Assembly: GCA_040954595.2 (NCBI GenBank)
Contig: CM082576.2
Span: 11,163,129-11,227,128 of the forward strand
Length of the DNA stretch: 64,000 nucleotides
Direction of reading: 5' to 3'
DNA from: Balanoglossus misakiensis
Taxonomy: Eukaryota > Animalia > Hemichordata
Part shown: positions 39,901-51,365 of the stretch, one piece after another
Position numbering within the stretch: the stretch's first letter is position 1
Layout of the letters: each line of letters starts with the position of its first letter
The notes under the pieces: generated by a model
What the model was told of the DNA's origin: nothing
Databases searched by the model: none
What the model saw: only the letters and a program-made list of their open reading frames with translations
Translations under genes and position numbers: made by a program

Positions 39901-42900
39901 AAGCATAACATGTCCACAAGAAATGACCTCAGACTAGAGGGCCATTTTTGCCTTTCTGGGAATCCTCTGTGGCAAGAAAGCTTATAAAAATACAAAGTAG
40001 TCTTTATACAATGTATGTACAGTATTCATAATCTTTTCCCCTGACGTTTCTGTAACTTGCCAACTTGAAAAAAAATACAACTGAAGGTTGACAATTTTTG
40101 TGCGTGAAAGCGGCTCTGCTTTGATAAAACGAGATCTTCTGCGAAAAACACTGCCTGGTCGCGATGATGGGCAGCGGTTGAAAAACACGTCTGGTCTTTA
40201 ATAGCACGCCCCATAACCCCATTCACTTGATTAGACCACAAACAATGGCATAGTTCTCGATTTGAGTCATAACACTTCAGGTTTGAAAGATCTGAACTTT
40301 GCTCATGGTTTTTCACTTAACTCGCAGCTGCTGACAGTCGGCAGACACAGGGTGTAATAACGCTGATTGTTCCCACTGGGTTCCACCACTACGTGCAGTC
40401 TGTTCCCAACTATTAAAAGCTGACGGGGAGTGACTTCACCCTCCCGGTACATGCCGAATGATTTCAACACATGGACATAGTTTTTGCCGAAAAACCAGAG
40501 GAGGAGTTGGTTATTTTACTTGCCAGGTCTTTTTTTTTTAGCCAGGGCACACCCAAAACAGGAGGATCCCCCTGGTATTCACATTCCAGACGATTGGAGA
40601 GCCCGTTTCAGTTTTCCTCCTTCACGCACTCTTACTTCGAGGAAAGGGAAAAATTTCAAACATGCCACCTTAAAAGATGTTTTGGCCATGGCTGGTGCGT
40701 GTGATTGGTTTTTAACATATACTGGGTAACAGCTGTCTACTTTACATTCCTGTAGTAAAGGCAACACTGCATTAATCTGTTTGAGGTCTCCAAGGACCAT
40801 GATTACACATTTTCATGTAACTTTTTTTTCTCGGTCAGAAAGGAGTTCAACCGGGCTTGCTTCTTTGACGTTTGGCCGACTCGGCCAGCTTGTGACATCA
40901 ACCCTTCGGGGAGTGTTTACGCTTGTCTGTCTGGTAGCCGATTCTTCACGTTTGTCCAGTGCAGACGGGGACAGATAATGTGAAAAATCATTCTTGGTGA
41001 GAATATCTCCCGGAGTGAGTGATTTTATCGTTGATAATTTACTGCTGAGAGAATGGATTTGCGAGTAGTGGAGAAATTGTCTCTCACAGATCACTGAGCA
41101 CAACCTGGTCATTGACATCGTCGAAATACCCGTGGCATGCGAGGGTTACCAGCCAGAGCCAATAGCCAGCCTTTTGTCCATGAGACTCTCTCTCTGGTGC
41201 TATTTTTACTCTTCAGATTAACAGATCTCAGGCATGCGGTGAGAGGACGAAACAAAATGCAAACCACGTTGACAAGTAAATGAGAGAAGGGAATGGGGGG
41301 GGGGGAGAATTAAGCCCCCTGCAACGAAGAGAAGAAATTCTCCGAGATATAATTTCATGTTTGTATGGGGTGCACGCATGGCGGGGCAATAACTGGGTCA
41401 GGGTTGAGATAAGATTTATGGTTCCAGTTGGGCTATAAAAAGACAAAAATATGACTGGAGGGTGAATGACTTGCACCAGAGCGCTACATGGTGTACACTC
41501 GCCCGGTCTTCTTGTATTGTAACGCAACACCCATGTCTTCTAAGTGAGCTAATGTCGCCCCACAAATTGGTAATAAGACGAGCCTTTTAAGCGACCACAT
41601 GGGGGTGTTTTTCTGATGACAAAGTGTGCCAAGACTATCTCGGTCGGTTGGAAATGAGAAAGTGGAAAATTAGGTTGGATTCTCTGCATTTTCTGTGATA
41701 AGAAAAAGCCAACAAAACAAAATGCCACAGTAATTAGTAAGTGGTGTTGGTTACGGACAGCTTGGTTAATTTTTCTGTATGGCTTTACCGGAGTTCAAGC
41801 TGTGGTGCTCGTTCAAAGTACTGACGTGACGGTCTTAACCTGTATAGCACATCTTGTTAGAAAGAAAACTTGATTTTCATCCGATTGATGCAAGTGAGAA
41901 TTAGGGGTGGGTCTGCATGACTTTTGTGATTCATTCAGTGCAAACGGTTGAAGTGAGTTATTTACTGCACTTAGTGAAGTAGGGTGTATGTGAGGATACA
42001 AATGTACAGGGGTATTTTTATGCTTGTATGTCGAGGCAGTATGTCCGAAAGTAGTGTCCACTTCACGGAATACTTGGTTACAGTTGTGGACAGTAAATGT
42101 AGTAACGAGTGCACAGTCTAAAGAAAACTGTCCAAAGGTGGCATTTTGAAGTTTCCGTTTAGAACTACCGGTACCCATCTGTCAAAGTTTGGTTCCTTGT
42201 TTTATCTTTGGACAGAGGAAATTATATCAATTCAGATATTATCTAACCTTTTGTCATTATTATAGTTGTCTCACGTGTTATGGTCATCTATCGTTGCTAA
42301 CCACCCATACATGTATATGACATGGGTTAATGCCAATGGCAAAATGCAAATATCGAGGCTGAAATATCATACGCATTTCTCATCGAGGTTTGCCACTATT
42401 GACTTCTGGCACAAATGTCAACACAGATGTCAAGAATGGTCATCCAAATTGTCTCTTAATTGTCTCTCGCACACGCAAACAATTAAAGGGAAACAGTCAG
42501 ACAGGCAGTTAAACCTCCAAGCAAGGACACTGCGGATTGTCTTACCCGGACTTGAGAGTCCGGGGCAAAGCTGTTAAAATGAAACTGCCCAACAGAGAAG
42601 TTGTCCCAACTTATTTGTCCTTGTGCCGTTCAGATTATCAAATAATTCCAGGCATTAAAGCAAACATGTCGGAGACTTTTTCTCTTCTGTGAAGCCGATG
42701 TTTACTGTGTCCGGCCATGAGTTTGTTGCAATGCAGGGCCATTTGAACTTTTTTCTAGTGTCTGTAAAATGAAACTGTTTAAACTCTTCAAAGACTTTAG
42801 GAGAAAAGGAAATGAAATCGTGAGGATATAATTAAGAAAGACCAGCCCATCCCATTCAGGTCTGATTTGTTGAGTCATTATCTGTGGTAATCCATGATCC

Positions 42901-43204
42901 TGTTACTTTTCATTGCATTGTTTGTAAAACTATTCCAAACACACAACACGGTCGAAACGACCGACTGTATCAGAAGTTATGCACTTGCTTTCAAGTCAAA
43001 GCAGACGCTTCTTTAAAGGGGCATGTTTCCTTGCACAGACTAAAGAGCTATTGTTTATTTCTATAGAAGTGCCCACGTCAAGAAATATGGGTCTTTAACA
43101 AATTTTCACGCGTGGCAATTTTTTTCTTGTTCAAGGTGATTGAATTCCCTATATTTTACCCTATTTGATCTTGACGTTTCTTTTTCTCTCTCGTTGATTT
43201 ACAG

Positions 43205-43453
43205 CGGCCTACCCGGATTGCTCAGGCGTTCAGTGTCCCCTCCTGGATGTACCCAGCTGCCCAGAAGACAGTCAGCCCTCGGTGGTGGGAATCATCGAGC
43301 CCGGTGCCTGCTGTCCCGCCCCTCCCGAGTGCGTCTGCGACTTCAGCGTCTGCATCGATGTCACTTGTCCCGAAGGCCACGAGAAGAATCTGCTTCATGC
43401 AGGCACCAAGCACCCGGGCAGTTGCTGTGATGTCTTCGAGTGCAGCAAAATAG
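43205..43453 (+). CDS. CRIM1: CRIM1 exon 3: Cys-rich repeat
   Basis: Long pyrimidine tract + tttacag|. AYPDCSGVQCPLLDVPSCPEDSQ..PGACCPAPPECVCD..PGSCCDVFECSKI. Donor G|GTATGG. 249 nt. Confidence 0.94.
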   Translation, partial: RPTRIAQAFSVPSWMYPAAQKTVSPRWWESSSPVPAVPPLPSASATSASASMSLVPKATRRICFMQAPSTRAVAVMSSSAAK

Positions 43454-44529
43454 GTATGGACAATTTTTAATTCAGTATGCCTGAGGCGTGCTCGTCAAAT
43501 TGTGACAAAATGTGACAGACTTTAAAACAAAATGAAGTAATAAAAAAACAACTATGATTCAGTCAGTTTCAGACTGTGACCACTACAGTATAAGGGCACG
43601 TCTGTCACTTCTCACTGTGCATAGAATAGACTGTACCATGAAGTATGCTGCGCTGGTAAGGAACTGTTCCAACAGCGCATGTGTGTAGGTTGTGAAGAGA
43701 AAACCGTCCTCATAGTGGACTCAATAGAGACTCTCGTCTTCCTTTTTTCCCCGTTTTTACTGACCAATAAAACTTGCCTGCTGGCAATGACAGTGAATGA
43801 AAGTGAAGGACTGCACCGCGACCGCCCCGCATTCCTGCACACTTATAGGTTGGGGTTTATAGCTCTCCCTAATGGCCGCAATGGTACATTAACAGCGGCA
43901 ATATTTACCTGATGAATTGGCCTTTTGCCCAATGCATGTCACTCGGCCCCTAAACAAAACAGTGTAATTTGAAGTCATACTGTGCCTATTAAAAGTCCAT
44001 GATGACCAGCGCGACAGCCCTCACTCCCCGAGCACTGATCAGCGTGGTACTGAAGCAATCTCTGGCAAACATCAGCAGCACATTGATCAGGACTTTAACT
44101 GTTCCCATGTCGTCTCTGTTGACAATAACAAGGGTGCACGGCTGCTTGAAGTTTCTGCCTTGAAAGGGCAGGTTTTTTTTAATGGATGATAAAGCTAGGT
44201 ATACGACCCATAAAACCTAAATATAGTTTCGAGAACTATATAATAGTGGTCTCGATTTCTATTGGTGGGACAAGTGGGTAAATATTGCACACAGCTGTGG
44301 TTTTGTTGCGGTGGTTCCAAGTTTCCATCTCAGTAAAGTTTTTTTTTTTTAATTTAACTGAAGTTCATTCAAATACCAGAGATGTCACTGACCTACAGGT
44401 TCTTATGAATATGCATATGTTAGAGAGTCACACTTGGATGATACAACTGTACTCTACATTGGCAGTTGCATTTAATACAGAAAAGTGATCACCTTATTTC
44501 TCAATATTTGTGTTCCAATATTCTTGCAG

Positions 44530-44650
44530 AGTCACCCGTAGATTGTAGCAGTGTTATCTGTATAGAAGTGATGCCTATTATATGTCAGGTGGGATCCAAA
44601 ATGGTCTCTGGGGGCATTTCAGAAGATGGGTGCTGCCTCCTTCCAGAGAG
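44530..44650 (+). CDS. CRIM1: CRIM1 exon 4
   Basis: ttcttgcag|, ESPVDCSSVICIEVMPIICQVGSKMVSGGISEDGCCLLPER, donor AG|GTAAGG. 121 nt, phase 1-2. Confidence 0.92.
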
Positions 44651-44677
44651 GTAAGGTTTTTCTTCAAGATTTGGCAA

Positions 44678-44720
44678 CCCCCCCCCCCCCCACACACACA
44701 CACTCACACACACACACACA
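44678..44720. repeat. Poly-C + (CA)n microsatellite in intron 4
   Basis: A run of C followed by an interrupted (CA)n tract. Confidence 0.9.
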
Positions 44721-44870
44721 AAGCTATATGCTGCCATTTGTCCCATAATCATCTGAAAATCAACTTCATAATTCATGGTTTATATGATGGGATACTAGTA
44801 TTATAAAAAAAAACGTGATTATCCATTTGTGAGTTAAATATATTGTTTTCTCTTTTTTTTAAATGCCTAG

Positions 44871-44992
44871 ATGTGAATGTGTAGAGGACGAGTGCCAGCC
44901 CATAGTCTGTGAGCCAGGATTTCAAACCAGATTTATAGCAAGAGCCACAGGGCAGCCTGGATCCTGCTGCGATGTGTACGAGTGCGTAAACA
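44871..44992 (+). CDS. CRIM1: CRIM1 exon 5
   Basis: T-tract + cctag|, CECVEDECQPIVCEPGFQTRFIARATGQPGSCCDVYECVN, donor A|GTACGT. 122 nt, phase 2-1. Confidence 0.93.
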
Positions 44993-45290
44993 GTACGTAT
45001 TGTGCATACATATTCTTGTCTTGTTCTCATTCTGGGCCCTCTGTTTCAGTATAATGAGCGATGCTTCTTGCTAAGTGTACGTCATGCTTGTCGTCAATGC
45101 GGAGAGTATTGATTCCGTTCTGAGTAACAACTCTGGACGATTTATTAACCACAAACATCTAATTAACATGGTTTGATCCGCGCATGTACCCCGACCGCAG
45201 ATGCGAAACAAGCCCTGTATAAGACCGCCACAGTGTTTTATACATGCGTCACGCAGTGTGCATTAAACTTCTGGCTTTTGCACCCTGCAG

Positions 45291-45623
45291 AAACTACAAG
45301 CGAGTGGTGCTCGTACAAGGAGCAGATTTACGAAGACGGCGCCACTTGGCAGACGGAGTCCTGCTTGTTCTGCGAGTGTCGTCGCGGCGTCTCCCACTGC
45401 CTTCCGCTGCCCGAGTGCGGCCCGGGCGAGATCAGCACCCCGGCTGTCAGTCCCCTCTGCCTGGGGGCGGGCAAGTTCTATTCCCACGGGCAAGTGTGGA
45501 ACAGGGACGACTGCACTACATGCAGATGCAATTTCGGCGAAGTTCAGTGCACTGCTACCAGCTGTGCCGTCAGCTGTATGAACCCAATTAAAATACCTGG
45601 AAGATGTTGCCCCTATTGTGAAG
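45291..45623 (+). CDS. CRIM1: CRIM1 exon 6: truncated VWC1 + complete VWC2
   Basis: ccctgcag|, CSYKEQIYEDGATWQTESCLFCECRRGVSHCLPLPEC, short linker, then CLGAGKFYSHGQVWNRDDCTTCRCNFGEVQCTATSCAVSCMNPIKIPGRCCPYCE. Donor G|GTACAG. 333 nt. Confidence 0.93.
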
Positions 45624-46149
45624 GTACAGTAATAAACGTCAACACGTTCAGTGACTTTGGAGTGTGATTTTTTGCACATCCTTACAAGATTTCTTTGTAA
45701 AAAATCAACCACTTTACTTGAAATGAAGGTTTCTCACACAAACTGGCTTTGATGTAAGGTTGCAAATGGATTTGGGGTCACATCACCTGCTTGTTATGTT
45801 AAACGACTAACTTCACTTGAACTCTGGGTGAACTTTGCACTTCACTGTGAATACCAACTGAATCACGGACTGAAATAACTTTTGACAGAACACTGTGGGG
45901 GGGGGGCAATCCAAACCACTGAACCCTACCCCTGACTGCACAGTGTTGGTTGAACCCCATGCTGATTGATTGCATAGTGTTGTTTTGTAAAACGAACAGT
46001 GTTTTTTTGTACTGAAACCTGTGGGTATACGTTCAGAATGCAGAGAACCGAGAGACCTATCGGGGATCCTTCCATTGTATTGTAGAATCCTTGTTGCATG
46101 AATATGACACCATTTATTTTATTCTTGGATGCTTGCCTTGTCTTCACAG

Positions 46150-46263
46150 AACCCGACTTCATCACTCTCCCTCCTCCCACATGCCCTCCTTTCACATGCA
46201 CCCTCCAATGTGAGCATGGACATCAAACTGATACCAACGGATGCCCACTGTGCCGGTGTAAAG
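46150..46263 (+). CDS. CRIM1: CRIM1 exon 7: antistasin repeat 1
   Basis: tcttcacag|, EPDFITLPPPTCPPFTCTLQCEHGHQTDTNGCPLCRCK, donor G|GTAAAC. 114 nt. Confidence 0.93.
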
Positions 46264-46699
46264 GTAAACTACATTGTAACTTCTCTTCACTTGGTTAAAT
46301 GTGTATTAAAAAAATTTAAATGTGAACTAACAAAATGAGCTTCTCAATATGCTCTGGTACACTTCTCCCTTTGTTTCTGGCTTTTTTGTTTTACATTTCG
46401 GGAGATTGTGACAAAAGGGTGTCTGTGGTGTTAGTCTTCTGCATGGTGTATTTTACCACGGTCACTCCACACACCGTGATTTTACATGATGCTTAATTGT
46501 GTGATGACTGTCTGTATTACCTCATTGGAAATAACATTGCTATTTGGAAATTTTACTCTCTTTATAATATTCTGTAATTGGGTGAGAGCATATTTTGTGA
46601 TATCTGCAGTAAGCAATACCAACTGTGCTATGCCACACCTGTTCTGATTGGTCAAAAGTTCCTGTTGTTTGATGTGTGACTCTTCTCTTACCCAATCAG

Positions 46700-46975
46700 G
46701 ATTGGTTATGTGTGAGGCGCTGACGGACTGCGACAAGGACTGTTCCTACGGTTACAAGACTGACAGAAACGGCTGTGAAATCTGCAAGTGTCGTCACATG
46801 AGGAGCTGCCCGGCCATGGAGGGCTGCACGAAGCAGTGCACCTTCGGCTACCAGCGGAATAAACACGGATGCGATAAATGTAAATGTGAAAAGTGTCCCG
46901 TCTTTGACTGTGATAAAGTGTGCACCTATGGATTTGAGACCAACGACAATGGTTGCACCCTCTGCAAGTGCAAAG
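46700..46975 (+). CDS. CRIM1: CRIM1 exon 8: antistasin repeats 2-4
   Basis: ccaatcag|, three C..C...C..G(Y/F)....GC..CKC units (CDKDCSYGYKTDRNGCEICKC; CTKQCTFGYQRNKHGCDKCKC; CDKVCTYGFETNDNGCTLCKC). Donor G|GTAAGA. 276 nt. Confidence 0.94.
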
Positions 46976-47353
46976 GTAAGATTTTCCTATTTGTGCATCT
47001 CTCTGACATCAACAAGGCCACTGCGTCATATCTGTTGTTATGGTGACGGGAGAAAACTTCAATTTTGTCAATGAATCTGATGTCTGTCGGCTAGGACAGT
47101 TTTACAAAGAAATTTGAGGCAAGAGAAGAAGAAAAATTTTTCCTGTTAGATAAATCTGATAATTAAGTGAGGGGGGGGACTTCGAATGTCAACAGGAATA
47201 TTATTCCTATGTGATGGAGAATAGATCAACTCTTCCAAGCCAGCTGTCATTATTAATGCACGAGCAGATGGTTTGTGAAGAAATTCAGAATTGGAATCCA
47301 AATCTGCCTCCGTGTGATGACCTCTAACCTCTTTGTGTCGAATCCCGTTACAG

Positions 47354-47563
47354 CTGCCCCAACTCCCCCAGTGTCTGTCATCCCAGTCCGATCCTGCATC
47401 ATGTCAGATGGCCAGTACCACGACAACGGCGAGAGCTGGCACGATGGCTGCCGGAATTGTTACTGTCACAACGGCCAAGAGATGTGTCAACTAATATCCT
47501 GTCCCAGACCGGCGTGCTCGAACCCCGAGATTCGAGCGGGAGACTGCTGTCCTTCATGCCCTG
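47354..47563 (+). CDS. CRIM1: CRIM1 exon 9: VWC3
   Basis: gttacag|, CIMSDGQYHDNGESWHDGCRNCYCHNGQEMCQLISCPRPACSNPEIRAGDCCPSCP (GESWHDGCR.CYC is typical of CRIM1). Donor G|GTAAGA. 210 nt. Confidence 0.95.
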
Positions 47564-48126
47564 GTAAGAGAAAACAACTGTACTGTCACCTTGACGATTG
47601 TCCAGTCCCCTCCCCTCCACACACACAGTGAATCACTTTGGGTTAACTCAAACAACCTGCATAGGAGGTATATTGTCCAGACGATAAATGGGCCACAAAG
47701 AGAATTATGACTCATAAAGGTGAACTCTGACCTTGTTTCGTGTCACACCACCCAGCTGAACATTCTGAGGTGATGTCATATTATGTGTTTTGCATTGTGA
47801 GCACTTCAGACGGGCAATTTCCAACTGAAGTGGTTGAAACTCTCCCCCAAGTCAGTCGGTGGTATTCACCTGGCCTGTTGTACATTGAACTCGCCAATAC
47901 ACAATACTGGTTACATTCCTGAAAAAGGCAAAGCACAAAAATACGATAACAAGGATGTTTACAATTACGGAAATTGATATAAAGCCTATTTTACTGCCGT
48001 TATCAAAGGCAGGAGTGTAGTATGAAATAAAAAGAATAAAAAAAAACAGCCAGATTATGCAAGATAATATAAATGCCAGTTTAATAGAAAACAGCCAGAT
48101 AATGTGTGAATGTTTTCAACTTTCAG

Positions 48127-48339
48127 ACGAATCTGAATCAAGTGGCCAAGAGGCGAGCGTCAAAGTTTGTCACTCGAGCGACGGAGAATATTACGTGGAG
48201 GGAGAAACGTGGAACGTTGACGGTTGCACCCTGTGTGTGTGCTACGATGGCCACGTTCTGTGTTCGTCAATGACGTGTCCGCCGGTGCCGTGTGATAACC
48301 CAGTCATGGAGCGTGGCTCCTGTTGTCCCCTCTGCCCAG
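48127..48339 (+). CDS. CRIM1: CRIM1 exon 10: VWC4
   Basis: ctttcag|, VCHSSDGEYYVEGETWNVDGCTLCVCYDGHVLCSSMTCPPVPCDNPVMERGSCCPLCP, donor G|GTATGT. 213 nt. Confidence 0.95.
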
Positions 48340-48948
48340 GTATGTGACCCGCTTTTGAAATATTTGATTTTACCAATGGGTTTGGCACCTTCTTTTGAGT
48401 TATGTGGAAAAAATTACAGGTGATGAAAGGTCCGCCCAAAAGGAACATAGATACGTGGCCACCCACTGTGATTAAAGTTGTCAGGTCATCCGACTCCCAC
48501 CAGCTTTTATTAGACGTTTCTTTAATGGTAAAACTGCTAAGTACTATGTCCTGATTCAGTCCACATTTATTACTAATACTCATTGTGGTTAATTACACTT
48601 TGCTGTGTCACTTGACACAAAATTTGTCAGTCTTTTCATTAGAGAGAAAGAGAGGGTTGGTTAAACTGAAAGAAAACATCCATTAGAGTGATTCCGGTGT
48701 CTGGGAGGAAAAACTGCCAAGTGTACTAGACATCAGATTTGACAAGCTGACAGTATCATACCACCCACTGAGCAACACTGAAATCATACACGCCATAATA
48801 ACTGATAACAAGTCTCATTCAATTGCATATTACACAACACAGAAATGATGTCAGGGCAGGCATAATCTTACTCCGCCTGTTGTGGATTTATTTAGAACTG
48901 AAAAATACACCATGTTTTTGTTAAATTGAATTGAAATCTTGATTTCAG

Positions 48949-49167
48949 TTACAGACATTGAGGTGACGACGACCGACCTGTTTGTTCCCGCCAAATGTAA
49001 ATCCGCAACTGATGTCGAATATTCACATGAAGACACGTGGAAGGAAGATGATTGTACAAGCTGCATGTGTAGATATGGGGAAATCACGTGTTACTCTCAT
49101 GTGTGTCCTGTTGTGCAGTGTAAAACGCCTGTTCTCAAGAAGGGACAGTGTTGTCCAACCTGTCTAG
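48949..49167 (+). CDS. CRIM1: CRIM1 exon 11: VWC5 (alternative in-frame start 48955)
   Basis: Acceptor tttcag| at 48948 or ttacag| at 48954. CKSATDVEYSHEDTWKEDDCTSCMCRYGEITCYSHVCPVVQCKTPVLKKGQCCPTCL. Donor G|GTGAGC. Confidence 0.93.
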
Positions 49168-49639
49168 GTGAGCAGTTTGGTTTTTCACCAAGGTTCTCGT
49201 ACACTCAGGGGTGGGGGTAGGGGGTGTCATCTTGGCTTTGTAAGAATTCCTTGGAAGTCCACTGACATGAAAAGTTGTGGGGAAAACTAATCATTTGGCC
49301 ACTCCTAGCTGTTGCAAAATATTGTTCATCGTGGAAAATTTGCTGAACAAGTACTCCTGGAAAATTTCTCATTTGGCTGATACCAGTAATATTCTTTTTA
49401 GTAGACTGAAAAAAATGTTCTGAAATTTTGAGTGATTTTGAGATATGAATCCTGATTAACAAAGCATAATATGTTTGCAATTTAATACAAGATGACTGAG
49501 CCATCAAATATGAGTAAGAAGTCTCGCTGTATCATTTTGTATTGGATGACAAGAATAGATGCTTTTCCTCCCCAGACGCACCATGACAGCCGGTGGGTAT
49601 CTAATATTAACCTCTGGCATATTTTTTTCTGTATTGCAG

Positions 49640-49828
49640 ATTCAACAAGGCAAAGATACTGTGAATACGAAAACCAAATTTACACGGATGGGGAGAGGTG
49701 GAATATATCTGCCTGCGTCCAGTGCCATTGCAAAGATGGTAAGAGTGAGTGCCAACTACCAGATTGTCCTGTCTTAAGATGCACAGAAAAGGCTCTTATT
49801 CCAGGAGAATGCTGTCCAAGATGCATTG
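49640..49828 (+). CDS. CRIM1: CRIM1 exon 12: VWC6
   Basis: tattgcag|, CEYENQIYTDGERWNISACVQCHCKDGKSECQLPDCPVLRCTEKALIPGECCPRCI, donor G|GTAAGT. 189 nt. Confidence 0.95.
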
Positions 49829-50435
49829 GTAAGTTGTTCGGGTTTTTTTAACCTGTAGTGATATTTTTGCAGAAATTCCAAAAGGTGGGAGTATTTTATC
49901 AGATAGCATGTGCAACACTTCAGTGTGTGTGCCTTCGAGATGATTTCAAACGTGATATCACTGCAGGGAAGATGTGAATTTTGAAAGAGCATGGTGACGG
50001 TTTTGGGAAAGATGGTTGAAAAGGTGTGTTGCTAAGATACATGTGGCATTGACTGTTTCCCAGGGAAAGGTTTATCATTGGCATTGAGAAAGACCGGATT
50101 CTTATTTAAATTCAACGCAAAAAGTGTTTTGTACGGGGAGCTTGTGTCAAATTCAGGCAGCAAGGTCATATGAAGGCTTAAATGTCACCGCGGTTCAGTG
50201 TCACTACATTGCTGTCATTTTTTGGACGAACATGATATTGGTTATCGCAGCTATGCTGATGAGGCACACTTGAGCTCCGATGTGTCTAATGAGGGCCGTG
50301 GTTGTTTCAACCACGTTGCTCAGTCATGCAACAAGATGTACCGGTACATACATGCTCTTGTGGGAAATCTAGAAAAGCTCAGTCCTTAATTCGCAATCTT
50401 TTATCGGTCTCTCGTTCTTTTTTTCCCCTCCCTAG

Positions 50436-50489
50436 ATGACACGCCGCTGAGTCACTTGCCGTTCGACCGTTCGACCCGCGCACCAAAAG
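50436..50489 (+). CDS. CRIM1: CRIM1 exon 13 (54-nt stalk exon)
   Basis: Very strong pyrimidine tract (ctctcgttctttttttcccctccctag|), open in phase 1: DDTPLSHLPFDRSTRAPK. Donor AAG|GTAAAC. No homology evidence, splice signals only. Confidence 0.72.
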
Positions 50490-50752
50490 GTAAACAAGAG
50501 TGCATTGACCTTCCTCCAATATCTTGGCATTAAAGCGACAATGAGCATTGTCCTTCGGTGTCCAACTTGAAGTGCCCTTATGTGGCGGATTTGGCTCAAA
50601 AAGAAATCTCAAGGAGATTAAAAATTTTAAGTGCCAAACTACACCCAAATGACCCTGAGTTAGTTTATAGTACGGATGATTATACAAAAGGTATATAAAC
50701 TTGAAGACTCTTCTGGTAATTTGCTGACGACAGAAATCTTCTTCTTTTCCAG

Positions 50753-50863
50753 TGGAGAGGATATCTTCGACCACAAACAAGGTCGTTTCAACAAGTAGGT
50801 CAACCTCCAGGCCTCGAACCACCGAGAAGAAAACGCAGCAGAATGAGGTCTTCACCACAGAAG
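50753..50863 (+). CDS. CRIM1: CRIM1 exon 14 (Ser/Thr-rich stalk)
   Basis: Branch-like ctgac + tcttcttcttttccag|, VERISSTTNKVVSTSRSTSRPRTTEKKTQQNEVFTTE, donor AAG|GTAAGA. 111 nt, phase 1-1. Confidence 0.8.
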
Positions 50864-51365
50864 GTAAGATATTTTTGTAATTATAAAATTCCGCTGCATA
50901 AGTGGACAATCGGAATCCATCAGGGTGCGAACCTTGGACATACTTTTGTCAGAATTGTTACCCTGGTTTGCTCTTGAAGGGTGTGACCCCGCGTGACCCT
51001 GATCCAAGCAAAATGCAATAGTTTTAAGGTACTGCAGTCTGGTATTTCTCAGCAGGGGGTGTATGTGTGAGATGGACGTGTTGTTGCAACTCCAAGTTGT
51101 CCTGACACCAGCTGTCATTTGTGAATTCTTGATAAAGTGCACACAACTAAACAAACATCTGGCAGGAAAGGGCGATGACATTATTATGCAAATTTGTATG
51201 TGACTTTCAGGAGCTCGCGTTAATTTCCCGCTTACAGAGACTGGCGTTTACTTGTATTCTAATAATATGAGTGAATGGCAGATGATTTTCACACTGTACG
51301 TCAGCTCATCTGCACCACTCAGTCCAGCTAACTTTAATTCGTGCAACGTGGATTATCTTTTTCAG

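Noticed and set aside
50379-50909. 176-aa minus-strand ORF
   Set aside because: It is antisense to stalk exons 13-14 and has no homology cues.
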